Positions 1-10,015 of a stretch of 64,000 nucleotides of DNA are shown piece by piece. Positions within the stretch are counted from its first letter, which is position 1, and every line of letters begins with the position of its first letter. This DNA comes from a virus, in IMG/VR virus record IMGVR_UViG_3300009103_001934, positions 96,001 to 160,000 of that record, one strand, 5' to 3'. The position numbers and the translations under genes are program-made. Below the pieces are notes generated by a model. It was not told where the DNA came from. It was given only the letters and a program-made list of their open reading frames with translations, and did not search any database.

Positions 1-73
1 GAGCCCTTAGTTTGCGAAGAAACGCACCTTACGCAAGTTTTTTCAAAGCCTTCCGAATTAACAGGGGTAATTT

Positions 74-1696
74 ATGAGCTTATTAAAAGGGGTAAGGATA
101 ATAAAGGGTTTTGCGAAGTCAACGTTAAAGGACTTATGGAAAGCACTAGGAAATGATATGAGAGACTTTGAAGGTAGAAATTATATAAACGGAGAGTGGA
201 GAGCCACTTCAGAAATGTATACCAAAATTAATCCGTCTACGGGTAAAGCTCAGGGAGCGTTCCCCTCGAGTGGGCCAAGTGAGGTAGCTAAAGCTGTACT
301 GTGTGCGAGAAAGGCCTTTAGAAAATGGAGAAAAGTCAGCAGATTTGTTCGTTCGGATTATATGAATAAGGTGGCGCAATTAATTGAAGAGCGCAGAGAT
401 AAGCTCGCAAAGGTGATTTCGTTAGAAACTGGAAAAAATTATAATGAATCTATTGCGGAAGTGAATGAGGCCCTACATATGGCCCAATTCGCTTTCGGTT
501 CTGGCCGCTACCCTCATGGAGAAGCGGTAGCGTCTGAAATTGAGGATAAAGATTCTTATATGCTTCGTAAGCCAAAAGGTGTAATAGCTATAGTAACACC
601 TTTTAATTTTCCACTAGCTATCGGTATGTTTTGGAATGCCGCACCGGCCCTAGTGGAAGGAAATACGATTGTAATTAAACCAAGTGAAGATGCTCCGATG
701 TCAACGCAAATGGCTGTCCAAATTTATGCGGACGCTGGTATCCCACGCGGGGTCATTAATATGGTTCACGGTGACGGTACTACTGGTAATCTCTTGGTTC
801 GTGATGATGTCGATCATATTTGTTTTACTGGTTCTGCCGATGTCGGACAACATATTCGTAAAGTGGCTGCTGAATCTTGGCACAAAACTACCTCCTGCGA
901 ATTAGGAAGTAAGTCGGCCTGCATCGTTTTCGATGACGTGGAGTTAGACTTGGCCGTGGAAGCGGCGGTAGCAAGCGCATTTAAATTATCTGGACAGAGA
1001 TGCGTTTCTTCTGGACGGATGATCGTTCAAAGGAACATCTTGAATGGGTTCATCGCGAAGTTCGTAGAAAAGGCCTCCAAATTAAAGACGGGTAATCCGT
1101 TTACATCTAATCTCGGTACGTCAGGATGCCCTGACGGTATGGTTTGGGAAGAGTTAGTACCGGATAATAATATTTATTACGGCCCCATAATAAATAAACA
1201 AGGGTTTGAGAAAATAAAAAAATATAACGAGATGGTTAGGGTTGATAGAGATGCTGAAGTCTTACTCGAGCCAAGCTACGAGACAATAAATGATAAAGCT
1301 TTTTATTCGACGCCTATGGTATATAAGAGTGAATGGCGTGGTATTGATGCCCCATATCTCAGGGACGAGGTTTTTGGTCCTCACGTAGCCATTATCCCCT
1401 TTGATACAGTCGAAGACGCGATTCGCATTTATAACGATACGGAATACGGGCTTGCGGTTGGAATCTTGACAAACGACTTCAGGAAAGCTAGGCTTATGCG
1501 GGACGAGTGCGACGCGGGTATGATTTATTGGAATGGTGGTTCTATTGCCGCCGAATCTCATCTTGCTTTTGGTGGTGTTAAGAAGTCTGGAAACGGATTC
1601 CCAAGTGCTGCCAGAACTTTTAGAGCAGTAACCCATGAAATAAGTTGGACGGTTAATCATGCGGATAGATTAACTTTTCCCCAAGGAATGAAATAA
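74..1696 (+). CDS. NAD(P)-dependent aldehyde dehydrogenase
   Basis: ALDH motifs PFNFP, FTGS, ELGSK (catalytic Glu), SGQRC (catalytic Cys), EVFGP, FGGVKKSG. True start may be the Met at about 158 (MRDFEGRNYING). Confidence 0.95.
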   Translation: MSLLKGVRIIKGFAKSTLKDLWKALGNDMRDFEGRNYINGEWRATSEMYTKINPSTGKAQGAFPSSGPSEVAKAVLCARKAFRKWRKVSRFVRSDYMNKVAQLIEERRDKLAKVISLETGKNYNESIAEVNEALHMAQFAFGSGRYPHGEAVASEIEDKDSYMLRKPKGVIAIVTPFNFPLAIGMFWNAAPALVEGNTIVIKPSEDAPMSTQMAVQIYADAGIPRGVINMVHGDGTTGNLLVRDDVDHICFTGSADVGQHIRKVAAESWHKTTSCELGSKSACIVFDDVELDLAVEAAVASAFKLSGQRCVSSGRMIVQRNILNGFIAKFVEKASKLKTGNPFTSNLGTSGCPDGMVWEELVPDNNIYYGPIINKQGFEKIKKYNEMVRVDRDAEVLLEPSYETINDKAFYSTPMVYKSEWRGIDAPYLRDEVFGPHVAIIPFDTVEDAIRIYNDTEYGLAVGILTNDFRKARLMRDECDAGMIYWNGGSIAAESHLAFGGVKKSGNGFPSAARTFRAVTHEISWTVNHADRLTFPQGMK

Positions 1697-1697
1697 T

Positions 1698-3299
1698 ATG
1701 AAAGCGAAATCACTTTATACAATTTGCGTTAATCAGGATATACTCAGAAAAACGGGGCATGAATGCATAAGGTCATTTTTTAATGAAGGGATAGAGGGAG
1801 ATCTCTTAGTCGCGTACGAAGGGGGAGACCCAATCAAAAGCGAAATATTGGCGTTGGCGACGAGCGTTGAGTCGGCTAAAAGTAGACTATTATTAGTGCA
1901 CGATTTGGATAAGAATGAAATTCTCAATAAGGTACTTGAGGAAAACAAGGACGTGATTCCGGAAGATTACGGCGGCTCTAACGCAGAGATGAATAGAGGC
2001 AATCTCCCCGAAAGCGCTTTGATAGCGCTAGGAGCTAAAAAATATTTTAAATACAGAGCGTCAAAATGGTGGAGGGTATTTGCAACTTTAGACGCTGCAG
2101 CTAAGCAGCCAGATTACGAATACGTAATACAGATTGATGCGGACGTGGCATTCGTTAAGCCTATAACTCAGGACAAAATAGATTTAGAAATGGAAGACAA
2201 CGCCATACTTTACCACGAAGGCCCACATCGTCAAGGCAAAGTCGAAGATGGGGTTCAAGGCTTGGGGGTAGAAACTTCTTTTACAGTATACAGTAAGGCG
2301 CATGGTGGATATGATATAATTTATAAATTAATGGATAAATTAGTCAGCAAGGATTTTAAGAATTACGATAGATGGGACGATAGCTTTTTGTTGGGCAAAA
2401 TAGTCAACGAAGAAGTAGATTTTAAATGTAGAGATGCTTCCGAAGGGGACGAAACAAAAAATACTGACGTCGTCGATAGGGGGCCGTTCAAAGAGCACGT
2501 TCGTCATTTTAAAGGGCTAAATGGGGGGTGTCCTATAGGTAGAGCAAAACTTGTAACGTACCTTAAAAATAAAGGAGATCAACTTAACTCGGACGCTTAT
2601 AAGGATGCGGTCGAGGAGGAAATAAAATCTCCCACAAGCGTACAAGATATAGCTAAGTATATAGATCACAGTGCTGCGAGCGCAGTTAGTAGGGTACAAA
2701 CCCCGCCCACTAAAACTAGGCTAAGGAATAGTGAGCGATTAAAAAGCGGCAGAATAAAAACCACGGAGGATAAGGGAGTTAAATTAAATTTAGCTTGTGG
2801 GTCCATGTACTTAGAGGGATATATTAATATTGACGATAATAGTCACGCTTCATGGGCGATGGATAATGGCGTGCGAGGAGCGTATTTAGATAAAGTGGAT
2901 AAAGAAGAAAACATATTTGAATTGGAATATGAGGAGGAATCTGTAGATGAAGTTTTATTATCTCATTTTATGATGTATATTGATAGAAATGAAGCTCCGC
3001 GTTTTATAAATAAAATATATAGATGGTTAAAGCCGGGCGGTAAATTTACGGTAGAGACAGGGGATTTAAAAGCGGTGTGTAAAAATATACTTACAAGTAG
3101 TGACCCGGAATATCTTGATGGATTTGACGGAATAAGACAACTGTTTGGCTGGGAACAGTCTTGTTGTCATAAGTGGGCTTGGTGTGAAGATAATTTGAAG
3201 CCGCTATTCGTGAGCGCAGGCTTTAGCGAGATCTCAATCGAGCGCGGAATTTATCATAAAAATCCAAAAAGAGATTTTATAATAGAAGGGATAAAATAG
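1698..3299 (+). CDS. Glycosyltransferase-like N-terminal domain fused to class I SAM methyltransferase
   Basis: N-half has IDAD (DxD). C-half has KLNLACGSMYLEGYINID and WLKPGGKF, typical of Methyltransf_11-type domains. Confidence 0.7.
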   Translation: MKAKSLYTICVNQDILRKTGHECIRSFFNEGIEGDLLVAYEGGDPIKSEILALATSVESAKSRLLLVHDLDKNEILNKVLEENKDVIPEDYGGSNAEMNRGNLPESALIALGAKKYFKYRASKWWRVFATLDAAAKQPDYEYVIQIDADVAFVKPITQDKIDLEMEDNAILYHEGPHRQGKVEDGVQGLGVETSFTVYSKAHGGYDIIYKLMDKLVSKDFKNYDRWDDSFLLGKIVNEEVDFKCRDASEGDETKNTDVVDRGPFKEHVRHFKGLNGGCPIGRAKLVTYLKNKGDQLNSDAYKDAVEEEIKSPTSVQDIAKYIDHSAASAVSRVQTPPTKTRLRNSERLKSGRIKTTEDKGVKLNLACGSMYLEGYINIDDNSHASWAMDNGVRGAYLDKVDKEENIFELEYEEESVDEVLLSHFMMYIDRNEAPRFINKIYRWLKPGGKFTVETGDLKAVCKNILTSSDPEYLDGFDGIRQLFGWEQSCCHKWAWCEDNLKPLFVSAGFSEISIERGIYHKNPKRDFIIEGIK

Positions 3300-3302
3300 C
3301 CC

Positions 3303-4424
3303 ATGGATCCAATTATAAATAAATCAGCAGATAGAGTAATTCCCGTCGCTCAACCATTTATAGGTAAGCAGGAAACCAAAGCGGTATCTGATTTGGTTGA
3401 GAGCGGGTGGATTTCTCAGGGACAGAAAGTTAATGACTTTGAAAGGGTATTCTCTCGTTCGCACGGTAAGCAATATGGTTCAGCTTGCAACTCGGGCACA
3501 ACGGCTCTGCATTTAGCCTTAGCCGTATGCGATGTGTCTGAGGGCGACGAAGTTATAATGCCCGATTTCACCATGATTGCTCTAGCGAACGCGGTACTTC
3601 TTACGGGGGGTACTCCCGTATTTGCCGATGTGACTTACGGTGTAGGAAATTTGAATCTTGAATTAATTAAGGCCAAAATAACAAATAAAACTAAAGCTGT
3701 TATTGTAGTTCATACTTACGGAGAGCCTATAGATGATATTATAGAAATAAGCACTTACCTAAAGGGGAGAGGAATAGCTCTCATAGAGGACTGCGCTGAA
3801 TCTCATTACGCTGTACATAAATCTGGTCGAGTAGTAGGTTCTTTCGGCGACTTAGCAGTTTTTAGCTTCTATGCAAATAAAAATATCACCACGGGTGAAG
3901 GGGGAATGGTAACAACGGACGATAAGGAAGTAAAAGATAGATTGGATAGAGTAAGGATGCACGCTTTCACTCCGGGAATGCACTTTACTCATACGGAGAG
4001 GGCTTTCGGGTATAGAATGACAAATATGCAAGCGGCTATGGGTATTGTCCAGCATAATAGACATGAAGAGTTTATGACTTACAGAGGGAGCTTAAGGAGA
4101 AGATACGAAAACAATCTTAAGGATATACCAGCGAACTTCTTAGAAATACCCCCGACGACAGCTAGTTCTGCTTGGTGGATTATGCCGATCCTAGCAGATG
4201 GACATAGAGATTCTATGCGCATAGCGTTAGCAGATAACGGGATAGAAACGAGAACGTATTTTTTCCCGATGCACACGCAGGCTTTTTTAACCGAGTATAG
4301 CTCTGGAGCGTACCCTATATCAGATAAACTGGGGCAGATCGGGTTCTATTTACCATTAAACCCAACCCTGTCTTTTGACGATATAGATTATATTTCTGAG
4401 GTGCTAGTTAACTATAATAAATAA
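3303..4424 (+). CDS. DegT/DnrJ/EryC1/StrS PLP-dependent sugar aminotransferase (perosamine synthase-like)
   Basis: NSGTTALHLAL, IEDCAES, FSFYANKNITTGEGGMV (PLP lysine), GYRMTNMQAA. Confidence 0.95.
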   Translation: MDPIINKSADRVIPVAQPFIGKQETKAVSDLVESGWISQGQKVNDFERVFSRSHGKQYGSACNSGTTALHLALAVCDVSEGDEVIMPDFTMIALANAVLLTGGTPVFADVTYGVGNLNLELIKAKITNKTKAVIVVHTYGEPIDDIIEISTYLKGRGIALIEDCAESHYAVHKSGRVVGSFGDLAVFSFYANKNITTGEGGMVTTDDKEVKDRLDRVRMHAFTPGMHFTHTERAFGYRMTNMQAAMGIVQHNRHEEFMTYRGSLRRRYENNLKDIPANFLEIPPTTASSAWWIMPILADGHRDSMRIALADNGIETRTYFFPMHTQAFLTEYSSGAYPISDKLGQIGFYLPLNPTLSFDDIDYISEVLVNYNK

Positions 4425-4433
4425 GGAAAAAAC

Positions 4434-4766
4434 ATGGAAGAAAATAATAAACAAGAAAATAACGAGGAGAACGTGGGGCTACCTAAGTTCAGCGATCTAG
4501 ACAAAAATGATGACGGAGTCCTGTCTCAAGAGGAGTATTCTGGCGCAGCGCCCGACCTTCCTCAACTACAAGATAGTGGCCCAGCAAGCGTCTGGAGATC
4601 TAAACACGGTTATTCTCTTAACGTTGACCCTCAAGCTTGGGGCCTAACCGAAGAAGAAGCGTTCAAGGCCCTATCCGAAGCAGAACAAAATAAAAGCTGG
4701 GACGACCCGCAAGTGGACGCGGACAGCGTTTTGCGAGCGGCACAGAACAGAAAATCAGGAATGTAG
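4434..4766 (+). CDS. Acidic protein with one EF-hand-like Ca-binding loop
   Basis: DKNDDGVLSQEE fits the 12-residue EF-hand loop. Confidence 0.6.
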   Translation: MEENNKQENNEENVGLPKFSDLDKNDDGVLSQEEYSGAAPDLPQLQDSGPASVWRSKHGYSLNVDPQAWGLTEEEAFKALSEAEQNKSWDDPQVDADSVLRAAQNRKSGM

Positions 4767-4770
4767 TTAT

Positions 4771-5043
4771 ATGATAGATATCGACAAAATTGATTTTGAA
4801 GACAGTTGGGATAAAGCCGAGCCGCCCGACCCGTTAGCGTTCGATTCTCGTAACGGTTGGGGCATATGGGTAAAATGGTTAGGTTACGTGCACGAAGAAA
4901 CTGGGAAAAAGCTCACAAAAGAAAAAGCTTTAGAAATGTGCAAAGAAGAAGACGACGCGCATCACTACAAGGATCATGTCGGGTTTAGACCTAGGCGCAT
5001 TTTTGAAGCTCGTGGCTGGAAGTGTTTAGACTGCAGGAGCTAA
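4771..5043 (+). CDS. Hypothetical protein
   Basis: ORF tightly packed in the operon. Confidence 0.6.
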   Translation: MIDIDKIDFEDSWDKAEPPDPLAFDSRNGWGIWVKWLGYVHEETGKKLTKEKALEMCKEEDDAHHYKDHVGFRPRRIFEARGWKCLDCRS

Positions 5044-5045
5044 AT

Positions 5046-5696
5046 ATGGAAGTTGAAACGTATTTGCTTCAATCAAAAGCCGACGCAGAAGCACGACAAG
5101 TTAGAATAGAGCCAGTGTGTCTCGAAAATCATGAGCGTGACCCTCTTAAAACGGGAGGTTTTACTAGGCATTACATGATGCTTTATGCTCTAGTTTATGG
5201 CATGGAAGCCAAAAATGTTTTTGAATTTGGTATGGGGTTTACCACGCAAACCATATTTGAAGCATTAAAAAGTACGGGCGGGCGACTTACTACGGTTGAC
5301 TTAAGAAGTAAAGAGCATTTTGGTGAACTCCCTATCTTTAAAAATGACCTAGGAGCATGGGTATACCACAACGGAAAGTCTGGAGAGGTAGTCCCGCAGA
5401 TCGATCATTCTCCGTACGATATTGTACTTCATGATGGCTCTCACAATCCAGAGGAGGTAACGGAAGATTTAAATAATATTCTTCCTTATATAAAAAAGGG
5501 CGGGCTTTTGTTAGTGCATGATACGAATCATTACGCGCTGGGAGTGCGCATGATGAGCGGAGTCGAAGGTAGCGACCTAAAAGACTACCAGTACGAAATA
5601 CTAACATTACCTTACAGTTTCGGATTAACTATTATAAGGCTGTTAAGCTCTAAGACTGACGAGGAAGTTGAAATAAATTGGCAACCTAAGAAATAA
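5046..5696 (+). CDS. Class I SAM methyltransferase (Methyltransf_24-like)
   Basis: VFEFGMGFTT, TVD, VLHDGSH, GGLLLVHD. Start moved to ATG 5046 to avoid overlap with the upstream ORF. Confidence 0.8.
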   Translation: MEVETYLLQSKADAEARQVRIEPVCLENHERDPLKTGGFTRHYMMLYALVYGMEAKNVFEFGMGFTTQTIFEALKSTGGRLTTVDLRSKEHFGELPIFKNDLGAWVYHNGKSGEVVPQIDHSPYDIVLHDGSHNPEEVTEDLNNILPYIKKGGLLLVHDTNHYALGVRMMSGVEGSDLKDYQYEILTLPYSFGLTIIRLLSSKTDEEVEINWQPKK

Positions 5697-5701
5697 ATAT
5701 T

Positions 5702-5803
5702 ATGGCAAACAAAGAAAAAAGAAAAAAAGAGAAAAAGAAAACCCCCAAATTAACCCCAGCAGAGAAGCGGAAGAAAAAAAGAGAAAAGAAGAGACAAAAG
5801 TGA
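5702..5803 (+). CDS. 33-aa lysine-rich peptide (not in ORF track)
   Basis: MANKEKRKKEKKKTPKLTPAEKRKKKREKKRQK fills the gap, and its TGA overlaps the next GTG. Confidence 0.5.
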   Translation: MANKEKRKKEKKKTPKLTPAEKRKKKREKKRQK

Positions 5804-6438
5804 GAAAAAAAGTACTAATAGATATTGGTTCAAACGTCGGAGATTCAATAAGGCTCTTTAAGGAGCATCTTGGGCCGTTTGACGAGATATTCGCTTTTGA
5901 ACCGAACCCCCACCACTTTATTCTTTACGATGATTTTCCAGATGTAAAATTAAATACGGCAGCGGCGTGGACTTACGACGGAAAGATTAAATTTAATATA
6001 TACAACGATAAAAACATGGCTTGTTCGGGCTTATACCAAAGAGAGAATATGCAAGCGGAAGAAATAGAGGTAGATTGTCTGGACATTTCTAATTGGCTGA
6101 ATCGGAATATAGGTTACGGTCACGCTCCCGAAAGAAAGGATGATTACGTCATCATGAAAGTCGATATTGAAGGAGCAGAGTTTAAAGTGATAGAGCACCT
6201 TCTTAAAAATGGAGGTCTTGAATATGTTAACCAGCTTTATGTAGAGCATCACAAGCGAGGAAGAAACACGGCTCGAGGCGGAGGAGGAGGAGACGGTAAA
6301 GGAAAAACTGGAAATATTATCAGAGATGAATATTGGGAAGCAAGTAAATTACGTACGCAGTTGTCTTCTTTAAACTTTGATAGATTAGAATTTTCTAAAA
6401 GCGATTTGGCGCTATTGTTTAAAAACGACATGTTATGA
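5800..6438 (+). CDS. FkbM-family methyltransferase
   Basis: IDIGSNVG, FAFEPNP, MKVDIEGAEF, YVEHH. Confidence 0.85.
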   Translation: MRKKVLIDIGSNVGDSIRLFKEHLGPFDEIFAFEPNPHHFILYDDFPDVKLNTAAAWTYDGKIKFNIYNDKNMACSGLYQRENMQAEEIEVDCLDISNWLNRNIGYGHAPERKDDYVIMKVDIEGAEFKVIEHLLKNGGLEYVNQLYVEHHKRGRNTARGGGGGDGKGKTGNIIRDEYWEASKLRTQLSSLNFDRLEFSKSDLALLFKNDML

Positions 6439-6851
6439 GAAATCAACATCCAGAAGCAGAACAATATAGGCAACTAGCAAAAGACATGCATTTTCATGAG
6501 TCAAAAAAGTTGTCTTCTGACGATAGGCAGGTAGTGTTAGTGGATATTGACGAGACAATTTGTTTTTACCCAGACAAGAGGCAATATAACCTCGCCGAAC
6601 CGAGTCACGAAAATATAGCAAAAATAAATAAGATGTATGACGAGGGCTGGTATGTAGTCTATTGGACTGCCAGAGGCGGCTCCCAAAAATCTATTTCGTT
6701 GGGTAAGTGTTATTATGAGTTTACTTGGAAGCAGCTAGAATCATGGGGTTGTAAATTCCATGACCTTTCAACAGGATCAAAAGGTAAATACATTAAGCCA
6801 GCTTGTGATCTGGTGATAGACGATAAGGCGAAAAGAATTGAAGAAATATGA
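6435..6851 (+). CDS. HAD-superfamily phosphatase (capsule-biosynthesis phosphatase type)
   Basis: Motif I VDIDETI, motif II WTARG, motif III/IV KP..DLVIDDKA. Confidence 0.85.
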   Translation: MRNQHPEAEQYRQLAKDMHFHESKKLSSDDRQVVLVDIDETICFYPDKRQYNLAEPSHENIAKINKMYDEGWYVVYWTARGGSQKSISLGKCYYEFTWKQLESWGCKFHDLSTGSKGKYIKPACDLVIDDKAKRIEEI

Positions 6852-7069
6852 AAAAAACAATACTAATAATGATCGTGGCCGTAGGCTTTTCTACGGGCTG
6901 TATAACTAAAACTGGAACCGGCGCGCTTGCTGGTGGAGCGTTAGGGGCGCTTGCTGGGCAAGCAATTGGCAAGGATACCAAGGGTACTTTAATCGGCGCA
7001 GGAGTTGGTGCTGCGCTGGGAGGAGCGCTAGGAAACCAAGAGGACGCGAAAGACAAGAACAAGAAATGA
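6848..7069 (+). CDS. Glycine-zipper lipoprotein
   Basis: Signal peptide with lipobox STGC, followed by GALAGGALGALAG..GAGVGAALGG. Confidence 0.85.
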   Translation: MKKTILIMIVAVGFSTGCITKTGTGALAGGALGALAGQAIGKDTKGTLIGAGVGAALGGALGNQEDAKDKNKK

Positions 7070-7225
7070 ATAAAGTTAAATGCGATATACTAATGGCTAT
7101 GTATAGGAGCGTCGATAGACAAAACTCACATATTGCACGGGGCAATCATGATAGCGCCGAAGCCGAAAAGTGGTTACAAGTCAATCTTCGTCATAATTTT
7201 AATGAAGTAGATAAAAGGAGAGACG

Positions 7226-7366
7226 ATGACTAAAAATAGCTTTGTTTATCAGCGCGAAGGAGTTAGGAAGAAAACTCGACAAGGAGCAGGAAGACGCAGT
7301 AAGGGTATGAAAAAATATAGGGGTCAAGGAGGGCCGCGAAAAAGATGTAAACTGTCTAAAAAATGA
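7226..7366 (+). CDS. 46-aa basic peptide (not in ORF track)
   Basis: AAGGAG SD upstream, sequence contains KKYRGQGG, and TGA overlaps the next ATG. Confidence 0.5.
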   Translation: MTKNSFVYQREGVRKKTRQGAGRRSKGMKKYRGQGGPRKRCKLSKK

Positions 7367-8487
7367 GAGCAATAGTACTAGGAGTAGGGAGAATGGGGAC
7401 AGCCATCGCTTATGCGATGGACAAGTTTGGGTTTGAGGTGACAGGTATGGACACAAACCCAGATGCGGCAAAAAATATGCCGTTTAAAATAAATAATCAG
7501 CCCGACCCTAGAAATGACTTTTTCATCGTAAAGGACGCAGAAGACATTTGCGACGGAATAGTAGCGAGCGGGCCTAGGCCAGATGTTGTTATTAGTAGTT
7601 TACCCTATCACCAAACAGAAGTGGTGGGAAAATGGTGCGTGGATAATGAGGTTCGTTACTGTGACTTGGGGGGCAGAGTAGACGTTTCTAAAAATATTAA
7701 CGACCACGCTAAACAATTTGCTACTCGCCCAGTGTTTACGGATTTAGGTCTGGCCCCGGGTTGGGTAAATATTTTAGCCGAACAAGGGTACAAAGAACTA
7801 AACGGGCCAGCGGATGATACACATATTGAAATGATGGTCGGAGGTTTACCGGATTATTTAAAAAGCTCGAAAAACCCTTTGCGTTATGCAGTTACTTGGT
7901 CTGTTGACGGATTAATTAATGAATATAGGGATGATTGTCTCGTGCTTGAGAATGGGCAAATAAAAATCGTAAAAGGAATGGAGGGCTTAGAGCAAGTGGA
8001 GGGTGAAAAGTTCGGCCCGATGGAGGCTTTTTATACTAGCGGCGGAGCTTCGCATTCTATTTATTCCATGCAAGCTCGTGGGGTTAAGAATTGTTCATAT
8101 AAAACTCTGAGATATAAAGGGCATAGAGATATTGTTAAATTTTTGATTAGAGATTGCAATTTGGCTGACGAGACATTAAATAAAATTTTTCTTGAAGGCT
8201 GTGGGACGACAAATAAGGACGAGGTTATTATTGTAGCTAGAGTGAAAAGGGGCAATAGAGCTTGGGTGGAAGAAAAGGTTATTAAAGCTGATGATAAATT
8301 TACAGCTATGCAAAAAGCTACAGCGTTTTCAATTTCGTCTGTCGCAGCGATAATGGCTGAAGGAAAATTGGAGGGAAATAAAGAACAACACAGGGATTAT
8401 TGGACTCAATATCCAAAAGCTTTATCCTATGCGGACGTACCGTTTGATAAGTTTAATGCTAATTTAAAGTTTTTGTTGGAGCCATGA
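7363..8487 (+). CDS. Saccharopine dehydrogenase family / lysine 6-dehydrogenase-like
   Basis: GVGRMG Rossmann motif, YCDLGG, DLGLAPG, VGGLP, WSVDGLINEY, EAFYTSGG, YKTLRYKGH. Confidence 0.9.
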   Translation: MRAIVLGVGRMGTAIAYAMDKFGFEVTGMDTNPDAAKNMPFKINNQPDPRNDFFIVKDAEDICDGIVASGPRPDVVISSLPYHQTEVVGKWCVDNEVRYCDLGGRVDVSKNINDHAKQFATRPVFTDLGLAPGWVNILAEQGYKELNGPADDTHIEMMVGGLPDYLKSSKNPLRYAVTWSVDGLINEYRDDCLVLENGQIKIVKGMEGLEQVEGEKFGPMEAFYTSGGASHSIYSMQARGVKNCSYKTLRYKGHRDIVKFLIRDCNLADETLNKIFLEGCGTTNKDEVIIVARVKRGNRAWVEEKVIKADDKFTAMQKATAFSISSVAAIMAEGKLEGNKEQHRDYWTQYPKALSYADVPFDKFNANLKFLLEP

Positions 8488-9194
8488 TTTTTAAAAGCTT
8501 TTCGACAGAAGGCCAAGATAAGTTTGTTTCTAATTTACTCGGCCCCTGCCCCTCCGGAGATTCATCGTTCGGCAAGAGGGGGTATTTTTTAGACGTGGGC
8601 TGTAGACACCCCGTATATTGTAATAACACTTTTGCTCTGGAGGAAGAACTTGAGTGGGGAGGATTACTCTTTGATATAAACGTGGGGCCGAGCTATAGAA
8701 GATGGATGCGCCGAAGACCTCACAGCAAAATCTATAAAGTAGACGTAGAAAGCGAGAGGTTTTTGCATATTTTAAAGGCAGAGTCTTTACCGTGTGTGGA
8801 TTATGTTTCTATTGATGTGGAAGGAGCCTCTCTTCAGGCGCTGTGTAACTTGTTAGACGCTGGAATTCAATTTAAGGTAATGACCATAGAGCATAATAGT
8901 TATCTTGACGGAATCAACAAAACCGGACAAAAAGGGCATAGACAAATTATGCGTAGACTATTGTTTTCTGAGGGCTATCACCTTTTGTTTGGAGACGTTC
9001 TTCTGGGAAGAAAGGGCGGGAGGTCTAAACTTTTTCATCGTAAAGATGGGTCTCGTTGGAGGAAGCCTGTCGGAAAGCCTTTCGAAGACTGGTGGGTTCA
9101 CCCTAACTTTTTTAACGAAAAAGTTTTAAATAAAGGAGGGAGTAATCTTTATTGGGAAGAGTGTACAAAAAGAGTTAGTGATTTGGGCATTTAA
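8484..9194 (+). CDS. FkbM-like methyltransferase
   Basis: FLDVGC..P..NNTFALE, SIDVEG, TIEHN, EDWWVHP. Confidence 0.7.
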   Translation: MIFKSFSTEGQDKFVSNLLGPCPSGDSSFGKRGYFLDVGCRHPVYCNNTFALEEELEWGGLLFDINVGPSYRRWMRRRPHSKIYKVDVESERFLHILKAESLPCVDYVSIDVEGASLQALCNLLDAGIQFKVMTIEHNSYLDGINKTGQKGHRQIMRRLLFSEGYHLLFGDVLLGRKGGRSKLFHRKDGSRWRKPVGKPFEDWWVHPNFFNEKVLNKGGSNLYWEECTKRVSDLGI

Positions 9195-9375
9195 CCTGCT
9201 TTGCTACACCGTGTATACCTTCCCTTACTAGAACGCTTGTTCCACCGTGCAGATGGATTAAGGTCATACTACGTTGAGTAGAGTTATCTTCTTCAAGGTA
9301 TTGTACTTTGTTGCAATTAACAAATACTTCTTCCCCTTGCGGCCCTGTCAATTTAATTAGAGGTACATTATCCAT
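9175..9375 (-). CDS. FlbD/SwrD-like small protein
   Basis: IKLTG..GEEVFVN...V..LE...T.I.L.GG..VLVRE pattern resembles the FlbD family, judged by eye. Confidence 0.5.
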   Translation of the reverse strand: MDNVPLIKLTGPQGEEVFVNCNKVQYLEEDNSTQRSMTLIHLHGGTSVLVREGIHGVAKQVKCPNH

Positions 9376-9390
9376 TTTCTATTATATACA

Positions 9391-10014
9391 CTATTTACGT
9401 TTTTTAGCAACTCTCTTTTTTGAGGCTCTCTTTTTGGGCGCTTTCTTCTTGCTTTTTTCTTCAGCTATCATGTCTTCAGTCTTTTTTCTCGCCAATTTCC
9501 AGCCAAAATACATAAGCGCCAAAAATCCTATAGCTACTAAATAAAACTTAAGTAGTTGTGGCCAATCTATTTTTACCTCAGAACCCTCTTGCGGCCCAGC
9601 TATCTCTGGTTCAGTAGGGAGGGTTACATTTACGTTGTTTTCATTCCCCACGTTTTTAAGGTCTTCAATAAGGATTTCGGCGGGAGATAGTTTTGCCTCT
9701 TTTACTGTCGGCTCGAAAGGGGTAGGTTTACCTATGGCTGATTCTGGCTTAACGTAAGCGGGTTTAGCTATGGCTGATTTCGGTTCAACTGGAACGGGCT
9801 TACTCTTAACGGGTTCTATCTTTACGGGCTTGAGTTTGTAAATACCATTTGGCTGGCGAATTAGCTCCGAGCTAGTAATTGTTCTACCCGTGGTGCTGGC
9901 ATCAACTGTCCTGCCTCCCTTGATGCACCCAGAACAGGTTATTAGCATCGCAATTAAAATAAATAAAATTAATCCCGACAACTTCATTATGTCTACTTTT
10001 TGAAATATATTCAT
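9391..10014 (-). CDS. Pro/Lys-rich lipoprotein with C-terminal TM and basic tail
   Basis: Lipobox CSGC, imperfect KP/EP..SAI repeats, TM FYLVAIGFLALMYFGW. Confidence 0.7.
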   Translation of the reverse strand: MNIFQKVDIMKLSGLILFILIAMLITCSGCIKGGRTVDASTTGRTITSSELIRQPNGIYKLKPVKIEPVKSKPVPVEPKSAIAKPAYVKPESAIGKPTPFEPTVKEAKLSPAEILIEDLKNVGNENNVNVTLPTEPEIAGPQEGSEVKIDWPQLLKFYLVAIGFLALMYFGWKLARKKTEDMIAEEKSKKKAPKKRASKKRVAKKRK

Positions 10015-10015
10015 G

